The position numbers and the translations under genes were made by a program. Positions 10,726 to 20,908 of a stretch of DNA of 64,000 bases are shown here, one piece after another; positions within the stretch are counted from its first letter, which is position 1, and the number at the start of each line of letters is the position of its first letter. The stretch lies in contig JBDHUC010000001.1 of assembly GCA_039808985.1 (NCBI GenBank), forward strand, positions 76,038 through 140,037. The letters are read 5' to 3'. This DNA comes from Alphaproteobacteria bacterium. Its GTDB lineage: Bacteria > Pseudomonadota > Alphaproteobacteria > Rickettsiales > SXRF01. The notes beneath the pieces are model-generated. The model was not told the DNA's origin, ran no database searches, and saw nothing but the letters and a program-made list of their open reading frames with translations.

Positions 10726-11122
10726 GTTGTTAAGGGACAGTTTAGACAATATGGGAAAAGCCATATTGCGCCTTAAAGAAGGCTTATTAGAATCATCAGG
10801 AAAAGATAGCGGTTCATTGCTTATTGATGGCACAATTCAGCGATTTGAAATTTGTACTGACCAGATGTGGAAATTATTTTTGCGAGCCTTACGCGAAGAA
10901 AAATTTGATGTGGAGCCATCTCCTAAAAAGGTTATGCAAAAAGCATATTCTCTGGAGTGGATAGATAATGAGAAATTGTGGATAGACATGCTTAATGATC
11001 GAAATGCCACCTCCCATATTTATGACGAAAAACTAGCAAAGGAAATTCACGACAGAATAAAAATTTACCATGAACAAATGGAAGAAGCCCTTAACAAGCT
11101 AGTGCAAAAGTTTAAACTATAA
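10706..11122 (+). CDS. HEPN-domain protein, HI0074 / HepT-like
   Basis: IQRFE and RNATSHIY (R-x4-H-x-Y); overlaps the MNT gene. Confidence 0.9.
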   Translation: MNEIHSELLRDSLDNMGKAILRLKEGLLESSGKDSGSLLIDGTIQRFEICTDQMWKLFLRALREEKFDVEPSPKKVMQKAYSLEWIDNEKLWIDMLNDRNATSHIYDEKLAKEIHDRIKIYHEQMEEALNKLVQKFKL

Positions 11123-11171
11123 ACCAATTTTATCAACCCGTTTTCCCCAAGAAAAAGTAAGGAGAATTACA

Positions 11172-12746
11172 ATGCCTAAAGTTCTGATTGCCGATAAATT
11201 ATCCACCCAAGCCATTGATGTTTTTAAGCAGCGCGGCGTTGAAGCCGATGTTAAAACTGGTCTTGCGCCGGAGGAAATACTGAAAATAATAGGCGATTAT
11301 GATGGGCTCGCGGTGCGTTCGGCAACCAAGGCGACTGCGGCCCTCATCAAGGCTGGCAAAAAACTTAAAGTAATTGGCCGGGCCGGGATCGGGGTGGATA
11401 ATGTTGATATACCTGCTGCAACTGCAAATGGCGTGGTAGTAATGAATACCCCGTTTGGCAATTCCGTGACCACTGCGGAACATACCATTTCACTCATGAT
11501 GTCGCTTGCGCGGCAGATTCCGCAGGCTAACGCATCTACCCATGCAGGTAAGTGGGAAAAGAATGGGTTTATGGGTGTGGAACTGGCAGGAAAAACCCTT
11601 GGTTTAATCGGTGCTGGAAATATCGGCTCAATAGTTGCTGACCGGGCGCAGGGGCTTAAAATGAAGGTGGTTGCTTATGATCCATTCCTTTCCAAGGAAC
11701 GGGCAGAAGCTTTAAATATTGAAAAAGTTGAACTTGATGAACTTTTAAAACGCGCTGATTTCATCACCCTGCATACGCCGCTTACTGAAGGAACAAAAAA
11801 TATACTCAACAAAGACTCGCTGGCTAAATGCAAAAAAGGCGTACGAATTATAAATTGCGCACGTGGTGGGCTGGTTAATGAGGCTGACATAAAAGCCGCT
11901 ATCGAAAGCGGGCAGGTCGCTGGTGCTGCTTTTGACGTATTTGAAGAAGAGCCAGCAAAAACCAATATTTTATTCGGTATGCCGCAGGTTATCTGCACAC
12001 CGCATCTGGGTGCATCAACCAATGAGGCACAGGAAAATGTAGCTGTCCAGGTTGCCGAGCAGATGTCAGATTACCTTACAACAGGCGCGGTTACTAATGC
12101 GCTTAATATTCCTTCCATGTCGGCGGAAGATGCCGCGAAACTAAAGCCTTATTTGCAGTTGGTTGACCAGCTTGGAAGTTTTGCCGGGCAACTAACTGAG
12201 CACGGATTGAAGCAGGTTAAAATCGACTATGAAGGCAAAGCTGGAAAATTAAACACCAAACCGCTTACCGCAGTTGCGCTTAAAGGCATACTCTCGCCGC
12301 TTATCGAGGGTGTTAACATGGTTAATGCCCCGGTAATTGCGGCTGAGCGAGGAATTGACGTAAGCTCTACCAGCCATGATAAAGTTGGTGATTACCAGAC
12401 GCTGATACGTATTACCGTTGTTACTGAAAAACGTACACGCACAGTTTCAGGGACTTTATTCGCTGACAAACCACGTATTGTTGAGGTGAATGGCATAAAA
12501 CTGGAGGCAGGTCTTGGCGCAAAAACACTGTATGTCAATAATGATGACAAACCTGGGTTCATAGGCAGCCTTGGAACGCTCCTTGGAAAACATGGCGTAA
12601 ATATAGCATATTTCCACCTGGGCCGTAACCAGGCTGGCAGCGAGGCCATTGCTTTAGTTGAGGTTGACCAGGCCATATCGCCGGAATTGTTGTCAGAAAT
12701 TGATAAACTTCCTAGTGTAAAGCAGGCTAAGCTTCTGGAATTTTAA
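11172..12746 (+). CDS. serA: D-3-phosphoglycerate dehydrogenase
   Basis: RAGIGVDNVD, GAGNIG, NCARGG, PHLGAST, C-terminal ACT domain. Confidence 0.96.
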   Translation: MPKVLIADKLSTQAIDVFKQRGVEADVKTGLAPEEILKIIGDYDGLAVRSATKATAALIKAGKKLKVIGRAGIGVDNVDIPAATANGVVVMNTPFGNSVTTAEHTISLMMSLARQIPQANASTHAGKWEKNGFMGVELAGKTLGLIGAGNIGSIVADRAQGLKMKVVAYDPFLSKERAEALNIEKVELDELLKRADFITLHTPLTEGTKNILNKDSLAKCKKGVRIINCARGGLVNEADIKAAIESGQVAGAAFDVFEEEPAKTNILFGMPQVICTPHLGASTNEAQENVAVQVAEQMSDYLTTGAVTNALNIPSMSAEDAAKLKPYLQLVDQLGSFAGQLTEHGLKQVKIDYEGKAGKLNTKPLTAVALKGILSPLIEGVNMVNAPVIAAERGIDVSSTSHDKVGDYQTLIRITVVTEKRTRTVSGTLFADKPRIVEVNGIKLEAGLGAKTLYVNNDDKPGFIGSLGTLLGKHGVNIAYFHLGRNQAGSEAIALVEVDQAISPELLSEIDKLPSVKQAKLLEF

Positions 12747-12769
12747 GGTTAAACAATTATATAATTAAT

Positions 12770-12804
12770 ATAGCGCATCTGAGCAAATCAGGTGCGCTAT
12801 TTTC
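12770..12804 (+). terminator. intrinsic terminator after serA
   Basis: atagcgcatctga/tcaggtgcgctat stem followed by T-run. Confidence 0.8.
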
Positions 12805-12816
12805 TTTGTTAATTTA

Positions 12817-12832
12817 TTAACAAATCATTAGC
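12817..12832 (+). promoter_or_regulatory. possible CtrA site upstream of divK
   Basis: TTAA-N7-TTAGC, one mismatch to TTAA-N7-TTAAC; the AT-rich context weakens it. Confidence 0.4.
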
Positions 12833-12963
12833 ATTTATAATTTGTAGTTATTTCAAATAATAATTTTACGATTATTGCCCTGGGTTTCGCGTATATTAGG
12901 GGTTTATTAAGGCTTTCAGTGTAAAAATTATCTATTGAAAGTCATTTCACTAAATAATGCGCT

Positions 12964-13344
12964 ATGAAAAAAAGAATACTGATTGTCGAAGATAACGACC
13001 TGAACCTGAAATTGTTCCGCGACCTGTTAAGCGCGCATGGCTACGAAACCTTGGAAACAAAGGACGGGCTTGAAGCTATAACGCTTACCCGCCAGGAACA
13101 TCCTGATCTTATACTCATGGATATTCAGCTTCCTGAAATTTCCGGTCTTGATGTTACCCGTCGTTTAAAAGCTGATGAAAGCATTGCAAATATACCAATT
13201 ATCGCAGTGACCGCTTTTGCAATGAAAGATGATGAAGAAAAGATACTCTCGGCTGGTTGTGAGGCATACATATCAAAGCCTATTTCCATTATGCCTTTTC
13301 TTAATACGATACGCAGGTTCCTCGGCGAAGAGGAAGTGTTATAG
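12964..13344 (+). CDS. divK: single-domain response regulator DivK
   Basis: [30 protein letters not shown]; upstream of pleD. Confidence 0.92.
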   Translation: MKKRILIVEDNDLNLKLFRDLLSAHGYETLETKDGLEAITLTRQEHPDLILMDIQLPEISGLDVTRRLKADESIANIPIIAVTAFAMKDDEEKILSAGCEAYISKPISIMPFLNTIRRFLGEEEVL

Positions 13345-13350
13345 CGGTTT

Positions 13351-14739
13351 ATGACAGCGCAAATTTTAGTAGTTGATGATGTTGCAGCTAACGTTAAGCT
13401 ATTAGAAGCAAAGCTTATCAGTGATTATTATGAGGTTATTACTGCGTCTGATGGATTTGAGGCGCTGGATCAGGCAAAAGCCCATAAACCGGATTTGATA
13501 TTGCTTGATGTCATGATGCCAGGGATGGACGGGTTTGAAACCTGCCAGCGCATTAAAGCTGACCCTGAGATTTCGCATATCCCTGTAGTTATGGTAACAG
13601 CTCTTTCGGAAAAAACCGACCGCCTTAAAGGCCTTGAAGCCGGGGCTGATGATTTTATCACCAAGCCAATAAACGACGCAGCAATGTTTGCCCGTGTAAA
13701 ATCATTGATAAGAATAAAAACCCTGCTTGATGAATTGCGCCTGCGCGATACCACCGGAATGCAGATGGGGGTTGATACTAATGAAAATAACAGTTTTGTA
13801 GCAGATGTGGCCGGGGCCAGGGTTATGCTGGTTGACGATGACTCCGTGCAGTCGAAACAGATACTTTCAAAACTGAATGAAACATATGAAACATATCTGG
13901 TAGAAGACCCTGAAAAAGCGCTGCAGGTTGCCAAAGAGGGGGCTTTCGACATAATAATAATTAGCACATTCCTTTCGGATATGGATGGCTTGCGTCTTGC
14001 TTCGCATTTGAAAACGCAGGAGGAAACCCGCAACGTGCCGATACTGGTTTTCGTCGATGAGGATGAACATCATGTAATGCTCAAGGCGCTGGAAATGGGT
14101 ATAAATGATTATCTTGCCGCGCCTGTCGATAAAAACGAAATGGCTGTTCGTGTCCGTACGCAGCTTCGCCGCAAACGTTATCAGGACGCACTTAAATCGC
14201 AATATCAGAAAAGCGTTTCCATGGCCCTGACCGATGCGCTTACCGGGCTTTACAACCGCCATTATTTAAATGCGCATTTAGGTAATATGGTAAAACAATC
14301 GCTTAAAAATGAGCGCAAATTTGCGCTTATGATTATGGATATGGACCATTTTAAAAATGTAAATGATACTTACGGGCATGACGCTGGCGATATGGTGTTA
14401 AAGCAACTTGCATCATTAATAACCAGCTCTGCGCGCGCAACTGACCTTGCGGCCCGTTTTGGAGGAGAAGAATTCGTAGTGCTGATGCCGGAAACAAATG
14501 AAGAAGCATCACTCTGGGCTGCTAACCGTATGCGTGAAATGGTGGAGCGCACCCCATTTCCTGTCGGTAATGGCAAGACCATAAATCTTACAATAAGTAT
14601 TGGTATAGCAAATATTATACACACCGGGGATAGCGCGGAAAACCTTATTAAACGTGCTGACGAAGCACTATATGAAGCAAAGAATAGTGGCCGTAACCAG
14701 GTGAAGGCCGCTAAACCGCCGGTTCCTACCGGCTGGTAA
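13351..14739 (+). CDS. pleD: diguanylate cyclase response regulator PleD
   Basis: REC-REC-GGDEF architecture with GGEEF and RATD I-site. Confidence 0.93.
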   Translation: MTAQILVVDDVAANVKLLEAKLISDYYEVITASDGFEALDQAKAHKPDLILLDVMMPGMDGFETCQRIKADPEISHIPVVMVTALSEKTDRLKGLEAGADDFITKPINDAAMFARVKSLIRIKTLLDELRLRDTTGMQMGVDTNENNSFVADVAGARVMLVDDDSVQSKQILSKLNETYETYLVEDPEKALQVAKEGAFDIIIISTFLSDMDGLRLASHLKTQEETRNVPILVFVDEDEHHVMLKALEMGINDYLAAPVDKNEMAVRVRTQLRRKRYQDALKSQYQKSVSMALTDALTGLYNRHYLNAHLGNMVKQSLKNERKFALMIMDMDHFKNVNDTYGHDAGDMVLKQLASLITSSARATDLAARFGGEEFVVLMPETNEEASLWAANRMREMVERTPFPVGNGKTINLTISIGIANIIHTGDSAENLIKRADEALYEAKNSGRNQVKAAKPPVPTGW

Positions 14740-14761
14740 GGCACCGTGCCATGTTGTCTGA

Positions 14762-15085
14762 TTACGAGGCAAGAGGAGGTTCGGGTGCAATCACCTCGCA
14801 AACGCCATCATCACAGTGATAAATCAATCTGCCTGATTCCCTAACGTACTTTAGAGGGATTTTTGGGTTGTTGATGTCTTTGCCTCCGCTTTTATGCCAT
14901 TTTTTTTCCCATCTTGAATAGTAAGGTTCTATATCTTGTGGCGTAAGTTTATATATCTCTTTAAGTTCAATTCCTTCATAGACCGCAAATACCCAATCAA
15001 CTTTTCTGTATTTGGCTATTATTACAGGATTCATGTGATGGTGTGTAGAAAAGCTCCTAGTAAGTAGAGTGTTTACAGATTTTAG
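14762..15085 (-). pseudogene. 5'-truncated PvuII-family type II restriction endonuclease
   Basis: LKSVN...[16 protein letters not shown]...KDINNPKIP matches the PvuII C-terminal part as I recall it; homology stops at a repeat element; no methyltransferase nearby. Confidence 0.85.
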
Positions 15086-15248
15086 AGCATTTTCCATTTA
15101 ATCGTGCGTGTTGTTATCCTTTGTCTCATGTACTAACAAAATCCGCATGCGGGATTTTGTAATTTACAAAAAGCAAATCCCACATGTGGATTTGCTGTGT
15201 ACACTTCGCCTCGGATGCCTAACGCACAACTAAAGCGAAAACGCTCTA
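15083..15248. mobile_element. RPE-like palindromic MITE, copy 1 (166 bp, TA ends)
   Basis: TIR tagagcattttc/gaaaacgctcta, ctcatgtac...gtacac core, near-identical copy at 49587. Confidence 0.85.
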
Positions 15249-15370
15249 GAAAATATCTATCAAAGCATTTTGACGAGAGAACCGCCATCCCTAACAACAA
15301 AACAACCAAAAGTTTGGCTTGAAAGAATTGATCTTGCTCTGGCATTATAGGTTTTGAATGTCAGCAGAGC

Positions 15371-16159
15371 CTAACTGAAAACCCCGACTACCGGCGCATG
15401 GTCGGAAGCTTTATCCAGAGCTCGCAGTTCCTTTTTTACATAATAACCACTTATCCTGTCAGCGGCCTGTGGCGAAAGCAGGAGATGGTCGATACGCAAG
15501 CCATTATCCGATGCAAATGAATTAGCGCGGTAATCCCACCAGCTATAATCGCTTTCACCGTCAGGCTTTAAAACCCGGCATGCATCATAAACTCCAAGAT
15601 TAAATACGCGGCGCAGGGCTTTTCGCGCCTCATCATGCGTAAGTACGCTTCCTTCCCATAATTTCGGGTCATGTACATCGCTATCATGCGGAGCAATATT
15701 GTAATCTCCGCCTATTATGAGCACTTCCTCATATGCCAGGATTTTTTTTATATGGTTATAAAACTTATCCAGGAAACGCAGCTTATATATGAATTTTTCC
15801 GATGAAGTTTCCTGCCCGTTTGGAACATAAACTGAGGCTACGCGTATCGCTCCTTTGGGCAGATTCACCACAGCTTCGATATAGCGCGACTGGCTGTCGG
15901 CTTCATTATCCATAAGGCCACGGCAAATATCATCAAGAGGAAATTTTGAAAGTATGGCAACGCCGTTATAGGATTTTTCGCCATGGATAGCGATGTTATA
16001 GCCCAGCTCTTCAATTTCCATATATGGGAATGAATCTTCAGTGCATTTAAGCTCCTGAAGCAATATTATGTCTGGCTTGTCATCTCTTAGCCAGCCCAGG
16101 AGATGCGAAAGCCGGGAGCGTATGGAATTTACATTCCAGCTCGCTACAGTAAGGCTCAT
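15371..16159 (-). CDS. xth: exodeoxyribonuclease III
   Basis: SWNVNSIR, LQELK, YNGVAILS, GDYN, SDHAPV; start moved to MSLTV. Confidence 0.95.
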   Translation of the reverse strand: MSLTVASWNVNSIRSRLSHLLGWLRDDKPDIILLQELKCTEDSFPYMEIEELGYNIAIHGEKSYNGVAILSKFPLDDICRGLMDNEADSQSRYIEAVVNLPKGAIRVASVYVPNGQETSSEKFIYKLRFLDKFYNHIKKILAYEEVLIIGGDYNIAPHDSDVHDPKLWEGSVLTHDEARKALRRVFNLGVYDACRVLKPDGESDYSWWDYRANSFASDNGLRIDHLLLSPQAADRISGYYVKKELRALDKASDHAPVVGVFS

Positions 16160-16171
16160 AAAATAGGATTC

Positions 16172-16196
16172 GCAAAATCCCACATGTGGATTTTGC
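16172..16196. repeat. free copy of the small hairpin gcaaaatcccacatgtggattttgc
   Basis: same hairpin is nested inside both RPE-like copies. Confidence 0.8.
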
Positions 16197-16199
16197 CGT

Positions 16200-16556
16200 T
16201 CATAAATTGACAGAAAAACTGTTGCCGCAACCGCATTTTGCAGTAGCGTTGGGATTCTTAATGGAAAAACCTGCCTGTGATAAATCCTCTGTATAATCAA
16301 GAATAGCACCTGATAGCAAGCCAAGAGAAATATCGTCAATTACAGCTTCTGCGCCGGATGCTGAAACTATTATGTCGGTTGCTTCCGGCTCTTTGTCGTC
16401 CAGAGTGAATTCATACTGGAAGCCTGAACAACCGCCACCTTTTACGCTTACGCGAAAGCGCAGGTCAGGATTTTTATCCTGCGCTTTAAGAAGGTTTATG
16501 CGTTCTGCCGCGCTTGGCGTCAGGGAAAATTGCCCGGTGTTCTGTGTTGTTTCCAT
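16200..16556 (-). CDS. erpA: iron-sulfur cluster insertion protein ErpA
   Basis: GGGCSGFQY, NPNATAKCGCGNSF; xth-erpA/dgt synteny. Confidence 0.9.
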   Translation of the reverse strand: METTQNTGQFSLTPSAAERINLLKAQDKNPDLRFRVSVKGGGCSGFQYEFTLDDKEPEATDIIVSASGAEAVIDDISLGLLSGAILDYTEDLSQAGFSIKNPNATAKCGCGNSFSVNL

Positions 16557-16659
16557 GGTAATAATATGTGCTAAAAACCATCATGTTGCAAGATGATTGA
16601 AATAAATTAGTGGATTGCTCCTTGCCATATTGCACGAAATCTTTTATTTTCAAATACCT

Positions 16660-17835
16660 ATGAGAAGATACGAAGACAACCTAGCAATATATGCCTGCAA
16701 CCCGGAAGCTAGCCGAGGCAGGCTTTATCCTGAGGAAGAAAGCAATGCACGCTCGCCTTACCAGCGTGACCGCGACCGCATAATACATTCCACAGCCTTT
16801 CGCCGCCTGGAATATAAAACACAGGTATTCGTGAACCATGAAGGCGATCATTACCGCACAAGGCTTACCCATAGCCTGGAAGTTTCGCAGCTTGCGCGTT
16901 CAATGTGCCGTTCGCTGGGATTAAATGAAGACCTTGGCGAAGCGCTGGCATTGGCGCATGACCTTGGCCATACCCCATTTGGCCATGCAGGGGAGGATGC
17001 GTTGTCAGAGGTTATGGAGCCATATGGCGGGTTTGACCATAATGCGCATACCATAAAAATACTCACCAGACTTGAACACAGATATGCTGAGTTTGATGGG
17101 CTTAACCTTACCTGGGAAACACTTGAAGGCATTGCCAAGCATAACGGCCCACTTAAAAACCCGCCGCGTGAACTTTCTGAATATAATGACCGTCATGACC
17201 TGATACTTTCCAGCTATGCCAGCGGCGAAGCGCAGGTCGCATCGCTGGCTGACGACATAGCCTATAATAACCACGACATTGATGATGGAATGCGTGCCGG
17301 ACTTATTACTTTTGAGCAGATTTATGAGGTAAGGCCGGTTGCAGAAATTTTCCATGAGGTGCGTAAAAAATACCCTGACATCAGCGCTCCGCGCCTGACA
17401 CATGAAGCCATACGCCGCCTGATAAACCGGATGGTTACTGACCTTGTAAGGCAAACACGCAGCAATATAAAAGAATATAATATAAAGTCGGTTGATGATA
17501 TACGAAGCCTTGGAAAGCCACTGGTGTTTTTTTCACCGCAGATGCAGGATATAAACCGGGAGCTACAGGCTTTTTTGATGAAAAACATGTACCGGCATTA
17601 CAAAGTAAACCGTATGGCCAGCAAAGCCGGGCGTGTTATAAAAGACCTGTTCAATTTTTTCCTGGCAGAGCCCGAATGCCTGCCTGATGCGTGGCGGGTA
17701 ATGGCTGATGGTCCGCAAAGCAAACTGACTGCAGTAGTAGTTGCCGATTTTATAGCGGGGATGACCGATCGTTTTGCGCTTGATGAATATAGGAGGGTTT
17801 TTGACGTACAGGCAAGGAGCTGGCTGGGACGGTGA
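16660..17835 (+). CDS. dgt: deoxyguanosinetriphosphate triphosphohydrolase
   Basis: RDRDRIIHS, RTRLTHSLEV, AHDLGH, AGMTDRFA. Confidence 0.93.
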   Translation: MRRYEDNLAIYACNPEASRGRLYPEEESNARSPYQRDRDRIIHSTAFRRLEYKTQVFVNHEGDHYRTRLTHSLEVSQLARSMCRSLGLNEDLGEALALAHDLGHTPFGHAGEDALSEVMEPYGGFDHNAHTIKILTRLEHRYAEFDGLNLTWETLEGIAKHNGPLKNPPRELSEYNDRHDLILSSYASGEAQVASLADDIAYNNHDIDDGMRAGLITFEQIYEVRPVAEIFHEVRKKYPDISAPRLTHEAIRRLINRMVTDLVRQTRSNIKEYNIKSVDDIRSLGKPLVFFSPQMQDINRELQAFLMKNMYRHYKVNRMASKAGRVIKDLFNFFLAEPECLPDAWRVMADGPQSKLTAVVVADFIAGMTDRFALDEYRRVFDVQARSWLGR

Positions 17836-18308
17836 AATTCATAAAAAAATACAAGCAGCGTGACAAAGATCGTGTAACTATCAGCCTGTTGCAGTATTAT
17901 TATATAGCATTCTGGATGCCGGTTTTTTTGCCGCCATTTGTTTTTGTATACTCCCTGGCAAGGCCCCAATTTTCCACCTTATCACCACTTTTTTATGCTG
18001 TAGTATTTGGCACTTTGCAATATGTGCCATTTGCATTGTGGAATTTGTTTAAATTCAGGAATGCTTCGACACGTGACCTGTATGAATTCAGTTTTAAAGC
18101 CCCTATAGCTTTCGTGCCTTTTTATGCAACAGGATTCCTGCTTGCCCATATGTATTCAAGCATAAGTCTGCCCAGCATTGATAGCATATTGATTTTGCTG
18201 GTTTTTAGTCTGCTTTCTATTCCGGTTGGCTATTTTTATGTGGCGCTTGCGCATTTTATTGCGCGGTTTTTAGAAAAAATTGGTTTTATTGAGCAGGAAT
18301 TCCTATAA
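17832..18308 (+). CDS. hypothetical integral membrane protein
   Basis: about 4 hydrophobic segments; GTGA overlap with dgt. Confidence 0.65.
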   Translation: MKFIKKYKQRDKDRVTISLLQYYYIAFWMPVFLPPFVFVYSLARPQFSTLSPLFYAVVFGTLQYVPFALWNLFKFRNASTRDLYEFSFKAPIAFVPFYATGFLLAHMYSSISLPSIDSILILLVFSLLSIPVGYFYVALAHFIARFLEKIGFIEQEFL

Positions 18309-18345
18309 GTTACCGTGCAATTTAATATAGGTAAGCTGAAATCAA

Positions 18346-20097
18346 ATGAATATATACAAAAAAATTGAAAATGAAGTCAAAGCGGCAATTGCGCAGCTAC
18401 AGGCAGAATCATTATTGCCGGAAGCTTCTTCCGATAAGGTGGAAGCAACACCAACCCGCGACCAATCGCATGGTGATGTAGCGACTAATGCAGCTATGGT
18501 GCTGGCAGCGCCAACTGGTAAAAACCCAAAAGAAATTGCTGCGTTGCTTGTTGCTAAATTAAAAGCGCATCCTGGCATAGAAAAAGTTGAGATAGCCGGG
18601 GCTGGGTTTGTTAACATGACGCTTTCCCCGGGTGTATGGCAGTCGGCTGTTCTTGATATAATTACCGAGGGCAGGGGATATGGCAATTCTAATATTGGTG
18701 ATGGAAAACGTGTAAATGTTGAGTATGTTTCCGCTAACCCAACAGGACCTATGCATGTTGGGCATGGGCGTGGCGCAGTGTTTGGCGATGCGCTTTCAAC
18801 CCTGTTGATAAAAGCCGGGTATGACGTTACCCGCGAGTATTATATTAACGATGCCGGAGCACAGGTTGATAAGCTTGCAGACTCTGTTTTCCTGCGTTAT
18901 GGGGTTGTTTGCGGCAATGAATTTACAGGCATTCCCGAAGGAATGTATCCTGGCGAGTATCTTATACCTATAGCTGAGGCATTATATTCGATATATGGCA
19001 AAACGCTGCTTACAAAGAACCGTGCCGAATGGTTGCCTATAGTGCGTGATTACACGCTCGGCGCGGTAATGGAAATAATTAAGGAAGATCTAGCCCTAAT
19101 TGGCATAACGCATGATGTATTCAGCTCAGAACGGGCTATAACAAATGCCGGGGAAGTTGAAGCCGCCATGCGCGCGCTTGATGATAAAGGCCTTATTTAT
19201 GAAGGTGTACTTGAACCACCAAAGGGAAAAACACCGGATGACTGGGAGCCGCGCCCACAGACTTTATTCAAATCCACCCAGTTTGGCGATGATTGCGACC
19301 GTCCGGTAAAAAAATCCGATGGAAGCTGGACATATTTTGCTCCAGACATCGCATATCATTATGATAAATGTAAGCGCGGATTTGAATGGATAATAAATAT
19401 ATTCGGCGCTGACCATGGTGGCTATGTAAAGCGCATTAAAGCCGCTGTTGCCGCCCTTTCTGACAATAAAGTAAAGATTGACATTAAACTCTGCCAGCTT
19501 GTTAAATTCCTGAGGGATGGGGAGCCAGCCAAAATGTCAAAACGCGCAGGCACGTTTGTAACCGTCCGCGAAGTTGTTGAAGAGGTAGGGCGTGATGTTT
19601 TCCGTTTTATAATGCTTACCCGGAAAAATGATGCGCCGCTGGATTTTGATTTTGCAAAAGTAACCGAACAATCCAAAGATAATCCGGTTTTTTATGTGCA
19701 GTATGCACATGCGCGAGCAAGGTCAATCCGTCGCAATGCATCTATTGAGATGCCAACTGCGATGGCAATGGCAAAGACGGCAAATGCAGAATTGCTTTCG
19801 CTTCTTTCGCACCCGCAGGAGCTTGCGCTTATTCGCCTCATGTGTAACTGGCCGCGCATAGTGGAATCATCGGCTATTTCGCTTGAGCCACACCGCATAG
19901 CTTTTTACCTGCAGGATCTGGCAGCAGCTTTCCATGGTTTATGGAACCAGGGGAATGGCGATGCTGGCTTGCGTTTTATTTTAAAGGATGATGTGAATTT
20001 GACAGCAGCGCGGGTTGCGCTTGCCCATGCGCTATCATTTGTGATAGCTTCCGGGCTTATGGTCCTTGGAGTTGAACCAGTTGAGGAGATGCGATAA
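18346..20097 (+). CDS. argS: arginine--tRNA ligase
   Basis: SANPTGPMHVGH, KMSKR, YVQYAHAR. Confidence 0.97.
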   Translation: MNIYKKIENEVKAAIAQLQAESLLPEASSDKVEATPTRDQSHGDVATNAAMVLAAPTGKNPKEIAALLVAKLKAHPGIEKVEIAGAGFVNMTLSPGVWQSAVLDIITEGRGYGNSNIGDGKRVNVEYVSANPTGPMHVGHGRGAVFGDALSTLLIKAGYDVTREYYINDAGAQVDKLADSVFLRYGVVCGNEFTGIPEGMYPGEYLIPIAEALYSIYGKTLLTKNRAEWLPIVRDYTLGAVMEIIKEDLALIGITHDVFSSERAITNAGEVEAAMRALDDKGLIYEGVLEPPKGKTPDDWEPRPQTLFKSTQFGDDCDRPVKKSDGSWTYFAPDIAYHYDKCKRGFEWIINIFGADHGGYVKRIKAAVAALSDNKVKIDIKLCQLVKFLRDGEPAKMSKRAGTFVTVREVVEEVGRDVFRFIMLTRKNDAPLDFDFAKVTEQSKDNPVFYVQYAHARARSIRRNASIEMPTAMAMAKTANAELLSLLSHPQELALIRLMCNWPRIVESSAISLEPHRIAFYLQDLAAAFHGLWNQGNGDAGLRFILKDDVNLTAARVALAHALSFVIASGLMVLGVEPVEEMR

Positions 20098-20903
20098 TGA
20101 GCAGAGAAGAAGAGGAAGATTACGCTAATGCTGGCGGAATAACTAAATGGGTGCCTACCATAATGCTGGTGAGTGTAATCACAGGATTTCTTGTGCTGTC
20201 ATATTTCGCATATAATTCCGGAAGGCAATCAGTTAAGGAGGATGACCTGCTGGTGGTTGAAGCGGAAAAAACACCGATGAAGGAAAAGCCTACTGATCCT
20301 GGCGGAATGAAATTCCCCAACCAGGATAAAACCATCTTTGAAACATTCTCCAAGAAACAGGCGCCACCACAGGTTGAGCGCGTCCTGCCGCCACCTGAAG
20401 AACCTATAACCCGCACTGAAGCCATTGAAGCTATTGTCGGCAAAAATGCGGATAAAATGTCTGCTGCTGATAGTGACAGGAGAGAAACTATAATACAGGA
20501 AGACACTACCGGGCCAACAGATGTTAGTGTGGCTGAGGTAGTTGGTGTTGATGACAAAAAAGAAGAGAAAAAACCGGAAATAAAAGCGGAAGAAAAGCCT
20601 GCCCCTGTAAAAACTCCTGAGAAACCAGTGGAAAAACAGTCATCCGCCAAAGCAGCCAGTGGCGTTAAAGTCCAGCTTGGTGCGTATGGCTCAGAATCGG
20701 AAGCGCAGGATGTGTGGGGTAAATTGCAAAAGAAATATTCACAGCTTGCTGATAAATCCCCTCTTATAGTCCGGGCGGATCTGAAGGCCAAGGGAATTTT
20801 CTATCGCCTGCGTGTTGGTGGTTTTTCCAGTAAGGATGCCGCCAAGTCATTCTGCAAAACTTTATCAGATAAAGGCCAGGCCTGCATTTTGGCGGCTGAA
20901 TAA
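20097..20903 (+). CDS. SPOR-domain cell division protein (FtsN-like)
   Basis: TM, charged linker, C-terminal VQLGA...YRLRVG SPOR domain; argS-nagZ synteny. Confidence 0.88.
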   Translation: MSREEEEDYANAGGITKWVPTIMLVSVITGFLVLSYFAYNSGRQSVKEDDLLVVEAEKTPMKEKPTDPGGMKFPNQDKTIFETFSKKQAPPQVERVLPPPEEPITRTEAIEAIVGKNADKMSAADSDRRETIIQEDTTGPTDVSVAEVVGVDDKKEEKKPEIKAEEKPAPVKTPEKPVEKQSSAKAASGVKVQLGAYGSESEAQDVWGKLQKKYSQLADKSPLIVRADLKAKGIFYRLRVGGFSSKDAAKSFCKTLSDKGQACILAAE

Positions 20904-20908
20904 TAAAG

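Noticed and set aside
16160-16339. 60-aa N-terminal extension of Xth
   Set aside because: Overlaps erpA out of frame; the family start is MSLTVASWN at 16159
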